From the NCBI GenBank assembly GCA_910592345.1, contig CAJVPI010000302.1, positions 1 to 36,166 on the forward strand: a stretch of 36,166 nt of DNA. The letters run 5' to 3'. The notes beneath the pieces are model-generated. The model was not told the origin of the DNA. It made no database searches and saw nothing but the letters and a program-made list of their open reading frames with translations. The translations under genes were made by a program, and so were the position numbers. The first letter of the stretch is position 1; every line of letters starts with the position of its first letter. This document shows, in pieces, positions 12,871-25,129 of the stretch. The DNA comes from Paraglomus brasilianum (Eukaryota).

Positions 12871-12914
12871 ATTTCCAATAATCAATAACGGATATTAATA
12901 TTTTATTATTACAA

Positions 12915-13580
12915 GAGATGAAGCCACCCCAGGGAAGTGTTCCGCTTTAGTTTTACCCTCAGCAGCCAACTTACTTTTTCCGCCTGGGAGAAGGATCGTT
13001 TATATAATGAATTTTATATCACCATTCGAATTCATCACTCTAATACTCAATTTCCCTCCCACTATCTATCAAGTTGGTGTTCGAAATCTAAGTTATACAA
13101 GAGCGCCGCAGAATACATCCAAGAGTGAATTTTTGACCAATCAAATAATTCCGTGGTAGATAGCAAAATCGGCTATTTACAATAGGCAGACTAGAGTAAA
13201 TTGGACGCAAGTCGAAATTCTCGTTCATGTCCTCATTGTGAAACAAGATTCTCAACGCTATGACGTCAGAAATTGATATTGTTAATAATCCGAAGTAATC
13301 AAACAGACTTTTCTTTCGGTAGAAACCACAGATACAGCAGATCTCATGGTAGCTCAGTAGCTGGGGATTTCTTGTAGTATATGAAGATGAAGTAAAGCAG
13401 GACACGGATGCTCGAATGCATGTAGAGATGAAATATGAAAGAGATATGAGAATGACTGCGGCAACAGAGCCGAGGATGAACTATCCGAGTTTAATGTTAC
13501 CTGTGAAATTGAACGTAGGAAGGAACTCGGAACACGAGAATTGCAAATTGAATTAAAATTAATTCTTGGCTGCTTTGTTT
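12915..13580 (+). pseudogene. Possible alpha-arrestin-like gene remnant
   Basis: PGK/FRFSFTLSSQLTFS resembles the arrestin N-domain PGxxxFPFxFxLPxxLPxS. FNVTCEIERRKELGTRELQIELKLILG resembles the C-terminal LxIELPIxIG strand. Many stops and frameshifts. Confidence 0.3.
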
Positions 13581-13919
13581 CCTTGAACCCAAGACTCAAA
13601 CGAAAGGTCACCACTAGCTTAACGACAGTTGCGTTTTATCATTATTCGAATGCGCCTTTTTCACATAGAGTCAGTCGGCAATAAAGAAAAGAAAGGTTAT
13701 TATAGGGGTAATTTGCACAAAATGTGATCGATGAGGAATTCAATTATTTTTTATTTTTCATATCAACGCATACAAGAGCATAAAACGCAAGCGACATTTT
13801 TGTGTATATACTATTCCGTGATAACGCAAATGCTTGTTCTGTTATATTTCAGGGGGGTTTAATAATTCGTAGAGATACTAGTAGTGTCCTAATATTAATA
13901 TTTGAGGAAGTCAAGTGAC

Positions 13920-15270
13920 TTAATAAGTAGATTTCGTTTCGTCTGCTTTTGGATTAAAGTCATCACGTGGAAGTTGTATAGTCCTGTACAGGTTTCCAAG
14001 ATAGTAATAGGTCGCTGGTTTATTTATCCATAAAACCGGATATCTTTTTACACGCAGTTCTTTTGGAAATTCAGCAGGGACACCTATTTTAGGAAGTCCA
14101 CAGCTTCAGAATGTAACTGTGCTAGTCACAAACAGTTTCCGTGCATAGCACCTACTGCTTTTTTATCCGCATGTGCCATGTGAGCATTTGCAAGATTATC
14201 ATTGAACACATAATTCACAATGAATTTTTGATATCATTAACCGTAGCCGTACATGGTTTTGGTGCTTGATTCCATTGGTGAAAAATTCCTTATAGTATTC
14301 TATCCGTAAAGTCGTATCCATCCAAGTCGCCTCCACTACACATATTCGGTAAATCCCTATAACCATTTGCAGGAAATACCAATACATCAACTAAATGTCC
14401 GAGGTTCGAACATTTGACTGCCGTAACTACCATTATATCTCCAGGGTGGAAACAAGGATTACGGAACATTAGACAGGTACCGGTTATCACTTTCCTCACG
14501 GAAGAATTATCCGGTCTGAGGTACATAGATTTTTATTCAGTAACTTGATCTCGTCCGACCCCCCAAAAAAAGGCTCATCGTTGACAAATACGTTTGCTTT
14601 GTTTTTGAGATCATGAAGACATGATATACGAAACAGTGATAATAAATTGACCGAGCAAGGGTCCTGTTGTCGCATAAAACCCGCTCTGCTAATTGACGTG
14701 AAACACCCATTCGTCAATACACCGTAACAATACCTGCATGGCACTGTGTTCGTTTTCTAGCATTTGATCGAGATCTTCTACTTGCGCATTTTTCATATCG
14801 AATCGGCGACTTTGAGAGCGTAATAGCCTGCCTGTTCAATATGCAGGTAAAAATGTCGACGCCCTTATCAACTTCCAGCTCCATATGTGGCGAACCAAAC
14901 TCGGCCGCACTTGGATTTGCTTTCCTCGGATGTTGCAGACGTGCATAAAACACCCTTGTATCCGCCAAGACGGAATTGAACAGCAGAAGGTGTGCTTTTT
15001 AAACCAAGAACTTCGGCAATTTGTTGGCATAGTGTTCGTGAAAAATCTATCGGAGAAATTGTATCCGTTTCTCATAATATCGTCAATAGCTTGAATATCG
15101 TTGACAGGTAGATGAGTCAGGAGTGAGTGCTCGAAAAGTACTGTCCCATACGTGCAGCGTATTTTGCTACTATGTTGATGTTACTTAAATCTCCCATCCA
15201 TTCGCATATGCCGGTATGTACGTTTGCAGCTTGGTGTGGATAGCGTGCGGTGAAGTGGGACTTATTCGAT
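13920..15270 (-). pseudogene. Cellular (RNAi-type) RNA-dependent RNA polymerase, pseudogene fragment
   Basis: Motifs in the correct order across shifting frames: WMGDLSNINIVAKYAARMGQYFSST, DDIMRNGYNFSD, PSAVQFRLGGYKGVL, QIQVRPS, LNRQAITL, GFMRQQDP..DLKNKA, FRNPCFHPGDI..VDVLVFPANGYRDLPNMCSGGDLDGYDF, NDNLANAHMAHAD, LAQLHSEAVDF, GVPAEFPKELRVKRYP, LGNLYR. Many frameshifts and stops. Confidence 0.95.
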
Positions 15271-15344
15271 GTTGTTGTATCAAGCAATTAACATAAATGT
15301 ATATGCATATTGAAAGTAACTACAATAGATTGGTTCATCAGCGC

Positions 15345-15880
15345 TTAATTCCAGACGCTTGTGAATGTTACATCCTTTCCCTTTAGTACTACGTTCTGGA
15401 CGTATACTTTACGTCGTCGTCTGTTTTCCGCATGTGTCCTTTTGAAGGAATGAAAGCTGTTGCTGGGGGAGGTCTTCAGCAGTGAATAAATATTCGTAGG
15501 CTTATCATTTCTGCCACGGCCGTCGCCACATCCACCGCCATAGTAGGCATTGGCTATTGCTGCGCCATTGTAATAGAATTGCAAGTGGGAAGGAAGATAG
15601 TGCAATCCGCATGATGTCGGAGACATGAAATTTATGTTTCCGCCAATCTCCTTTTATAGAAATTGCTTATCTCATACGAACAATGATAGGACCGCCACAG
15701 CCACAGCCACTGAAAATTGTAGTAAGCTGTCCAACACGAGATCCCATCTATGCCGATGCTGAAGATAACCCTACTAATGCACTTAAATCAAACTCTTCAG
15801 TGAAAACGATAAAAGCGATTGATTCTGTCTCTGCTATCTGTGATGAGAAATGGATATATCGATTTGTCTAAATTGCCATT
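15345..15880 (-). pseudogene. Degenerate paralog of the N-terminal region of the gene at 30830-32100
   Basis: Shared blocks GCATGATGTCGGAGAC (15609/32042), GTTTCCGCCAAT.TCCTTTTATAGAAA (15636/32071) and CTGTTGCT.GGG..A.GTCTTCA (about 15457/31630). Translated consensus SIKG(D/N)WRK..KFxVSDIM. Confidence 0.55.
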
Positions 15881-18800
15881 TATATTTACATTATTTTGTA
15901 AACATTTTATTCTAGTATTTGAAGACAACAGCCGAAGACCAACATTAGGTGATGAATATAATATTTTTGACAATTAGTTTACTAGATCAATTTCATATTT
16001 AGAAACAACAAGCATTATATGCTTGTCATTTACTTGGACATTGCACATTGTTAACCCAACATTCGTTTATTTCACGACACATATGTTGCAAAGAAAATGG
16101 CGCGCGAATTGAAAAACTATTTTAGAATAACGCGTTTTTTACGTAGTTTCTGTATTTCTATATATTTATTAATTACGTTTGCAAAGTAAACCACCTTTTT
16201 CCTTGACTCCTTCTCACTTGAACCTTTGTAACATGGTCAAAACTTGAAGAACAGTGTCAAACAATTTTACATTGTTGGCTAAATGAAATTCGTTCTGAAA
16301 AATACAAAGATTGCCCTTCGAATTCAACATAACTTATGGTCGTTCGCACAAGGTTACACAGAGTACAAGTCGTTAATCCACCAAAGCTTAACAATCTGAA
16401 CATACATTATTGCGTTATCTAATATTAAAAATGTAACTCTTTATTTAGAATAGCATATTCTCAATATCACTTGTTTACCTCGCTCTGACAGATTATTCAA
16501 TACGTCATGTGTACTTATTCATTATAGAATAATTCAAACGGAGCCGTCAGATTTTTATTGCACAGTTCAGCCAATGCTTAATTCTTTCTTCTGTCTTTTC
16601 CTTATTATTATTATTCTTATTCTCTGTATGCATAATAGTGGTTTTTCGCTTTAAAATCGAATCGCAAACACTATAGAAACTATCTCTTTGTCAAATGATG
16701 AGATTTTAATTTTCGTGACTTTTAATATGGCATTTCTCATGACTAAATTTGGATTACAGAGTACGGTGATTTCTTATAAATTTCGGATAATTGAGGCAAT
16801 TTTCTTATTAATGAATTGGGACCAGAAAATCTTTAATGAGGGATTCAGATTAACGAAGTTGACTATTTACTGTATATCCCGCTCGATCGGACAATTAGTT
16901 GAGCCATGACAACACGTCAACTTGCAATCAAAATCCAAGATAATATTTGGCAGCACGTGAAGAAAAAGAGATACACAAGTGCCATACCAATTGCCATCCC
17001 CAATACTTACCAGTAATTATAAAAGCACTAAAAATGATGCGGCCTTTGACTTGTTTCGTAATAGTAATAAAGTTTAAGATTTCATGATTGAAGAGGAGGA
17101 TAAATTTCCTCAAATTACTGTATAAACTTTAATGGATTGTGAAAAATCGTTGTGATGAGATATTATAAAAAATGGGAATATAATTTTATATTAAAATTTT
17201 TACACGTAACAAAGGCAGTAAATGATTTGTTTCCGTCGCGTCATCGGTTTCACAACAAATTGTAACTAGAGTATATATGAGAATTTTTGAGCATTGGTGA
17301 CCTCATTTTAGAATTTTCCAAACCCACCATTGATCATGTAGTTTCTAAACAGCCCGAACTATTGCGCGCCAGAAAATTGTCTGACTTCCTATTTCCGATA
17401 CATCTGCTTCAGACTTTCTCCATTACCCATCTCAATTCTAGGCCACGTAGTTCTCAGTTCTCATTCATACTGTCGCCATATCTCCTAGCGACCGATGCCG
17501 GTCGACGAAGTCACAGTCTTCAAACGTTCCTTTTGTTGTCCTCGTTACGTTTCCTCCTACATAGCGCTTCGTCATCACTATTATCACCACCTCAATCGTC
17601 CTCATTTTTTCTATTCATTGTTCTAGTACAAATTAATTGAGAAATCGTCTCGGCATAGTAATATAATTGCGGACGTAAGTGTAGGATTTTCATGCTTACC
17701 TGCAATTCACACACGGTTTAAACGATCTCCGCAGCTTCTCAAAGACATCTATTTATTAGATCAAAGCGTCAGCATTTCAGGCTTGATTTGCTGTAACAAT
17801 ATCCCGTTAACGAACAGAATTGTCGCGAATAGCGTCACGCGAATTGAATCTTAATAAGAATATGGTCACGTGGATGACATGAACAATTTATTACATATTG
17901 TGGCTCGTCTCAACGCGAAAACATGGAAACATGGATTTCAATACTGTTGACTACGTAGAATATTCACTTGGGTATACATTTATCTCATTCACTTAGCTTA
18001 GCTATGAGTTACCGGCGATGGTGATTGCTAACTAATGCTCATAACTCCAATATTTATCAGGCTGCAAACTCTCAATACTTCGGCACTATCCAGGTCAAGA
18101 TCTCTAGAGACTGGTAGGTTGATCAATCGTTGTTCTGTTCTCTTTTGTACAATATCTTCACCAAGCCTCTGTCAATTGGCAGAATACTTCTCCAGGAAAT
18201 CCTAATTCGCTACAAATTATCAACCACGGTAACACACCATTCTTTCTATCAGTCCACGCAATTTATCTTTGTGAAAATTCTCATTTAATAAATTTGTTTT
18301 CTCCTAAATGTCATACCAAATGCATGGAATTGTGCAGAGCTATTTCGTACCTTCATTCAGAGACAATGGCGCTTGGGAGACAAGATCTAGCCGTGACCCT
18401 TGTTAGAATATTTGGCTGTGTTGCCGGAAGAAGTTTCGATTACTGATTTTGTTGATAAGCAGAGGTAACTACAAGTTGGATAACTGGAATGTTGGCTAAT
18501 GGGTGTGTCAGTATATGGAAATATTTACACGGCATGTTTATTTAGGACAAGAGCTCCTAAGGAATCAACAGATTTACTAATGTCGATGCAGCAATAATTT
18601 CTGGCTCAAAATGATCGATCGCGGCGAAAAATTCTGTTAAAGCAAAAGAGCCTTTGGTGCCTGTAAAGCTGGACAGCGTACAATGTAAGTTATCCGAAAA
18701 TCCCAGCCCGCATAGGTTGATTATTAATTTATTTTTTTTTATTTTTGTGAGATGATCGCACCATTTTGAAAACAGCAATAATCTTTAGGTCTCTCCTGCC

Positions 18801-21144
18801 ATTGATTAATCACGTTATCCGTCAGTAACTTTAATTCAAGATACTGTCTGTGATTTAATAATGATAGTGAATGGACGAAATCAAGAATTGCAAAAGCCTT
18901 TAATGGTAGAGAGGATATAATATTCTACGTTTATTTATACTCATCCGTTGCGATAATTGTAACTAATGGCTTATTAACTGATACCTTCTATCTACTTTAG
19001 AATACGGTGAACACACGGTAAAGAATTTATGCCGTCCTCATGACAGTGTTTGGCGATACTTTCATTAATTACGTTGCCAAACACTTGATTCGTCTAGACA
19101 TCTTGATATATTGCTTATTAACATACATGTTTATTAGATACCGCAAACCGATTTTTACGTTTACTTAATGGAATGTCTTATCCTGAAGATTTTCCTTCTT
19201 CAAATGGCAGAGCTTGGGATTCTATGGAAATAACTTAATCGAATTATTTCAGTGAACCTAGATCGCCTTCCAATTCACGGAAAGCAACAATACGATTTAT
19301 CATTGAAGCAGCTCATATTTCGGGTTGAGATAAAATCTACAAAAGCCGCTAGTCTGAGAAGTGTATCCCAAAGTCTTGATGACCAATACAACACAAATGT
19401 ATCGCTGGTGTTCAATATTACAATGATACCTCTATGTCAGTGACGCGTGCTCACGTTGGAGGATAATGTAAATATCGCTCTTTTATTGTTGCGGACATAT
19501 AATTATCGATTCTTGCTTGTGGGGAACCCGTGCGGATAAGGAAATGGAAGACCATTCTGACATACACTTTAGGTTAAAAACAGTTCTCTATTAAATTGAG
19601 TTCAAAAAGTGCGTTGTCTGTTCGGTAAAAATGACGAAAATCTTTAATAGGGATTGGAGGATAGCGGAAATAGCAGAAGGATTTATTGAAGTACGGTTTA
19701 CTCTCTATGTGAAACAGATTGTTATTAAGTCTTTTACAAACCCTAATTACTAACTTAAATTTTGCTGTAGGTGTAAGGGTACAATTAGCGCATTGTCAGT
19801 CGTTGTTCACAATGTCTGTGCCGCTTGCATTTACCTGGGGATTACATGGCTTTAAATGGCACGTCATGATACTTTATGTCATCGTGAATGCGTCAAGTAT
19901 ATAAATTCCCTATTTCAATATTGTATGAAATCATAACATTTTTTTTCTTTTATGTGTTTGTTTGACATTAATTCGATTTACCTTTTTAAGGGATAAACAT
20001 TATTTTCATAATTAGTATATAATATGCCCAATATAGTAAATAAGGTCGCGCGATGAATTGCTCACATGTGTTGAACACAAATTGTTTACCTTTATCGATC
20101 ACGACTATTCCGACCGCGCGCATGTAAATTCTTAATATAGTAATAAATGTCTGTGACTGACACCATCTAGTGTCAAGTAAGTGAGTTGTAAATGGTGTGC
20201 GCAGTAACTGTCTTTAAATGGTAAGTCTCACCTGAATCGAAATGAAAATTGCCTTTATCGATCGCGATCATTGACTTGAAGCAAAATAATCACTTGTGGA
20301 ATAATGTTTGCATATCTTTACATGAGCCAAGTCTCAACGATAGCTGCATCCAGAGCACAGCAGCTAAGACATATACACTCATGTGAGGTGGATAGGAAAT
20401 CCATCTACTTATAAGTTGCAGGTTTTCCTTCCGTGTCTGAACAGCAAAGCATCCATGTCCCATTCCCTTTATAATATTAAAAACTTTTATTACCGCGACA
20501 TCTAGCCAGCGATGGTCGTGACGCCATCGACGATATCCGCCACTTTTTTATAGAGGGAAGTTCTCTTTCAGCTATTATTAGTATTTAGGAGTGGTAAATA
20601 CGATAAGTGGTAGTAATTATTAATTAGAGTGGTGATGGTGGTCGCGGCAAATGTTTATGCAGCAATGAATTTTATATCATCCGCTTCTCTTCAATAAATA
20701 GGTGCCTCGTTTTAACACGGTAATTATGTATATTTTACTTTCTACGAGTTTTGCCTGCACGTACACATTGGTATTTATTTACATTACCTTTTTTTTTTCC
20801 AGAAAAATTTGGCTCGTCCCGTACGCAAACGTTCGTACGTGGCCTACGAAAACAAACGTACCGTCGTTCTCAGTGGAAGCTCTCATGGAACAACCACCCA
20901 ACACTTCAGCAAACTCGCCGCCTAATCTATAGACGAAACTATGCAGCAGCTTGCTGAAAAAAAACAAGCGATTAGGCTAAATGTTACAAACCCCTACACC
21001 GTAACGGGTGGTAATTAATTATAGCTATCTTTATCTTTTAAAGTTCTAACAGTCTCAATTTTTTTGTAACTGACATAATGTAATGGTGTATAATAATAAT
21101 GTAAATTAAGTATATACTGTAAATCACATCGCTTAAACAAACAT

Positions 21145-21363
21145 ATCTTATATGCAGTACGTGTCGAAATGTTAAAAACTGAACTGTAAACATCCGCACG
21201 TCTTGAAAACCTTGTGGAAATTATTTGGAGGGCGTTACGCTTATAAACTTCGGAGGTTGGGAGACTCCGTAAGTACTGCTTCAAGGCATTAAACGCAGCA
21301 GATTTTGTTGATGGTAATGTGGACAGTTCATCTGCCGTGCAATTGCGGATACCGCGGCATATT
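21145..21363 (-). pseudogene. Possible TFIIB/Brf-type Zn-ribbon N-terminus
   Basis: From the minus-strand ATG at about 21363, frameshifted pieces read MPR.. / RNCTADELSTLPSTK / KICCV*CLEAVLTES (similar to CPxC...CxxCGxVL), then YKRNALQIIST..VFNISTRTAYKI. Confidence 0.25.
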
Positions 21364-21534
21364 ATCGAGAAAAGTCTTTCCTCGTGTAATTGTCAAATCA
21401 CGTCACTAATATATTTAGGGGATTTACATAATGACGGGGTTTTTACCGCTCAATAATTTGGCTGCTGATATATTGACTAGTGCGCGTGGCAAATTATAAA
21501 ATATTCGAGAAAAGTCTTTCCTAATTTCCCTAAT

Positions 21535-23020
21535 TTCTAATAGCATCATACCCACCCTAATGACAAATTCACGGCACATACTCTCCATTCGCGTATGCTG
21601 CCATAGCAGCATACTGTCTATTCTCATAGGATACTCCAAGCCAAAGAACAACACTTTTCACTCCGTAGCAACTTTATTCACAGATATACATCCTGATCAT
21701 ACTACAGAACAAATGCAACTGCCCGTTCATCATGTCATCGAATAGCCTTACAAACTGCGAAAAAGCCAAAACACATGAAGAGAGGAGTAGCTGGTCCATA
21801 GAAGCACCTGGAATTAGTGGATACTACGTTCGATTGGTTGAAGGAAAACTGGAGAGACGGGCTAGATTTCATTATATGAACAGGGATAACGCAAAGGTAA
21901 GCGATACAATAAAGGCAGTGAAGCGAGAAAACATATGTGCCGAGTGCATATAAATAATATTGCAACTATTAAGCTTCCAATACACAAGATGGGTATTCAC
22001 GAATTTATTCATCCAACTTCATCGGTCACAGACACGATAACGACGATTCGGTTCCTCGTAAAGAAAAGATCTTAATTGTCTAGTAACAGATAAATTCTTG
22101 CCCCTAAAAAACATGGATGCAAAGCGGTTGAGGAGGGAAAATCATATGGTGTGGTTGGACAATGTGTTGAAAAGAACTAGGAAAAGAGCATGAGAGCGTA
22201 TTTGGTTGGATACATCGCCCAAGAAGGAAGCAACTTGTTATAAGCAATATGTAAAATAGCGTACAAATACCACGATATAATATTGGGACATTTCTTTGGA
22301 CATTCCAATATGTATCACTTTTTCTTTATTTCTTCTAAGAGAAAAAGAAGAACCATGGACCATGAAGACATGATTGAGAACGAAAGGAAGTTGAGATTGA
22401 AGACGAGATGGCCGATGGTGACGAGTATCCAACAGCAGATTCCGAAAATACAAGCCACGAACTCCTTGATTTCCCGTTCTCTATTCCCGGCATAAATTGT
22501 CTGTCAGACAAGGTTCATCGTCTATTTCGGCATTATGAACCCGTCCCCCCAGTTCGGCGAGTTGAGATTATGTTGTTATTCATATGATCCTTCAGTTATC
22601 CCGACCTTTTCCGGCTTTGAGAATATTCCAATATAATGCGACGGAGTTGAATACAACAGAAGAAGAAACTGCAGAGAAAGTACTAGATTTTTATACAAAT
22701 ATGTATGATGAAGTCAAAGAGGAAAATCAGGATAATGAAGTTGTTAGAAGCGAGGATGATTCAAGCGACGCCGACAATTGGGATGACGAAGACGAACTGT
22801 CCAACGTCACCCCTAACATCTCCGCCCAATCTTCTCCTAATAATACCACCGCTCCCGCCCGCACGACCAGTACATTCAATCTAACAAACGAAAATCCCCG
22901 CGTGCGCCCACGGTATGAAATAGAATATAGGAAAAGGCACGACTATAACATGGGACGACTTAATTGTGCATAGTTGGAAACAGCTGGCAAGAAAAGTTGC
23001 ACGGAATGGAATAAAAAAAA
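21535..23020 (+). pseudogene. Decayed gene with an acidic tract, possibly TFIIB/Brf family (cyclin folds)
   Basis: Fragments GTYSPFAYAAIAAYC, LPVHHVI and KHLELVDTTFDW / LVEGK (compare the Brf motif LVExxxxxWLVTGRxP). The ORF at 22584-22973 is acidic (EDDSSDADNWDDEDE). Multiple frameshifts. Confidence 0.3.
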
Positions 23021-23027
23021 AAAGAAG

Positions 23028-24613
23028 CTCCGCGCGCACAGATGCAGTGAAGCTAGAGCGGGTGTTGGTGCTCTTAATGGTCACAACGATGGCGTCTATT
23101 GTATGGCAAAGAATCCAAGAAAAATTACTTCACTGATATCTGTGGGGGGTGAGTCGAATCAAGAAAGTAGTGGATACAAAGGAGTTTGTTGTAGTCTTGC
23201 AGGAAATGTTTATCTGTCATGCGGCCTGTAAAAGTGCGGAACCGTGACGTATCGACTGAGGCAAGGTAAGATTTTTATTCGTAGTTTGTAATAGGTGAGT
23301 TATCAAGTACGATTGATTTCTGTGCTTTCCTGTCTTATAGCCTGCGAATATACTTGGGGAAATTTGCGTACAGGTAAGGCTCATAATGCAGAATTGATTA
23401 CCGTCAAGCGCAATTTACGAGTAAAATAGATATAATGCAATAGATCGTCATCGGTCCGATCCTATTTTTGCCACTTCAAATACTCAAATAGAAATTTGGG
23501 ACGAGATATGCGTGTATATCCTATTCAGGGTATTAATCACTAGTTCCATAAAACTGACCGATTGCATTGTACGATCTTCGCCTCTTCTCTTATTCATTCT
23601 GCCTAGATCTCAGCCTATAAACGGGGCGCAGATACAATAAACACGCGATTCAATCAGACTGAGAAGAGTATACTAAGCAGGTTGCGGTAACGATCGTTCG
23701 ATTATCCCATATGACCGCGAACTAGTTCTCCACTGACTAAAAAGTAAGTCATATGTCTGTATATTCGCATCTTTTGTAATCGATTTTTCGTCTAATGTAG
23801 CTATAAATTCATAGATGCCATTTCATGGAATCCGATAGAAGCATTCAACTTTACCACGGTATGTCACCTTATCATATGGAAAATTCATGTGGTCAATGGT
23901 CCGAAGATACGACATTTAATAGGCTAATGAAGACCAAAACTGCTACACATAAAAATGAACGTAGAATATCACGTGTTAGCTGTGTACGTTCATTTCGATC
24001 GTCTCATTCGTATTTTTGGATGTTTCAGTAATTTCCAATCCTAATCTCGCTTATGTAAACATAGTCTCGATGTTGATTATCGTGAACAGGTGCATATGTC
24101 GAATATTAAGATCACGTGAAGGACATAGTCGAGAGAGAATGCAGAGAATATTCTGTGTCAAATATTGCGTCGATTCTAAATTGGTGTTACCAGGCTCAGA
24201 TGACGACAATGTCAGGTTATCGGGTGCGGGCTTATCCGAATATTCTGAACAACTCAAAGCGCGATATAAAGATTTGCCGTATTGCAAGGTATTTTTATAA
24301 AGAATTTCTAAACACGTGCATCGTACAGACCATTGCTAATCCGGCTTATTTTCTTGCCATTGCTGCGTATAGCATGAATGCGCAACTATTGCACCAAACC
24401 AAACAAAAATGGGCATCCCAGAAAAACCCGCAATGCAGCCCTTTACTTATAAAGACACCGTCATATACCCAAAGAGATCAAGTCTATGCAACAGAAGAAA
24501 CAAATTATGCTCAGCGCACAAAAACTAAAAGAGGAAAATTTCACATTCAAAAGAGGGAACAGTATCGTATCAAGGCGGAACGCAAGAAAAAGATTATTGG
24601 AGTCGCAAAATAG
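23028..24613 (+). pseudogene. SOF1: SOF1/DCAF13 (U3 snoRNP WD40 protein), unprocessed pseudogene, 5'-truncated
   Basis: Colinear with Sof1/DCAF13: AVKLERV/VGALNGHNDGVYCMAKNP, NAIDRHRSDPIFATSNTQIEIWDE, GADTINTRFNQTE, GCGNDRSIIPYD, AISWNPIEAFNFTT, ANEDQNCYT, LDVDY, GHSRERMQRIFCVKYCVDSKLVLPGSDDDNVRL, RIAR/HRHIPKEIK, AERKKKIIGVAK*. Introns at 23266-23340, 23374-about 23430 (3' end uncertain), 23512-23606, 23744-23814, 23859-23922, 23984-24064 and 24289-24454. Many deletions and frameshifts. Confidence 0.95.
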
Positions 24614-25129
24614 ATATAAATTATTCATCTTCAATCTCACGACTTGTTTTCTCTGATTTCTACATGGTACAAAACGGAAAGGTTTAGTCAGCATCTAATG
24701 ATATTGGTATGTAGTGGATGTCACCAAGAAAGTAGTAAAACTAACATCGCTGCTCTTCAAATACTCCTAATATTATATTAAAGCATTAACATTCTTAGAC
24801 TTGTTTTGCTGTAACGATATCACCTTAACTAACAAAACTACCAAACATCGTTTTGTGCTTGTAATAATCGTCGAGGAAATACCCTTATCGGCACGTAAAT
24901 TCCGAAGCATTATATAGCCACACGGGTGAACATGACTAATGCTGTCTTTATCTACCATATTTTCTATCGATTAGTATGAAATACCAGATCGATAACTATT
25001 AATACAAGTACCTGGTTAAATAAACTTTCGACTTGTACTGTATTTATTAGCATTAGCTTATACTGACACATCACAAACGTAAATAAGCATATGCATTAAG
25101 TCACAACACACATCGTTAATCAGCAAGCA

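Noticed and set aside
13920..15270. Endogenous mycovirus RdRP
   Set aside because: The motifs (AKYAARMGQ, RNPCFHPGD, SGGDLDG) belong to the cellular double-psi-barrel RdRP family and not to the viral GDD palm type.
16680..20990. Several broken ORF and intron-like pieces (for example a minus-strand intron at 17623-17699 and ORFs at 18557, 19252 and 20702)
   Set aside because: They are probably further gene debris, but I could not support a family or reliable boundaries by eye.
24116..24613. 165-aa ORF as an independent gene
   Set aside because: It is a read-through of shifted SOF1 exons and an intron. Only the last residues are in the true frame.
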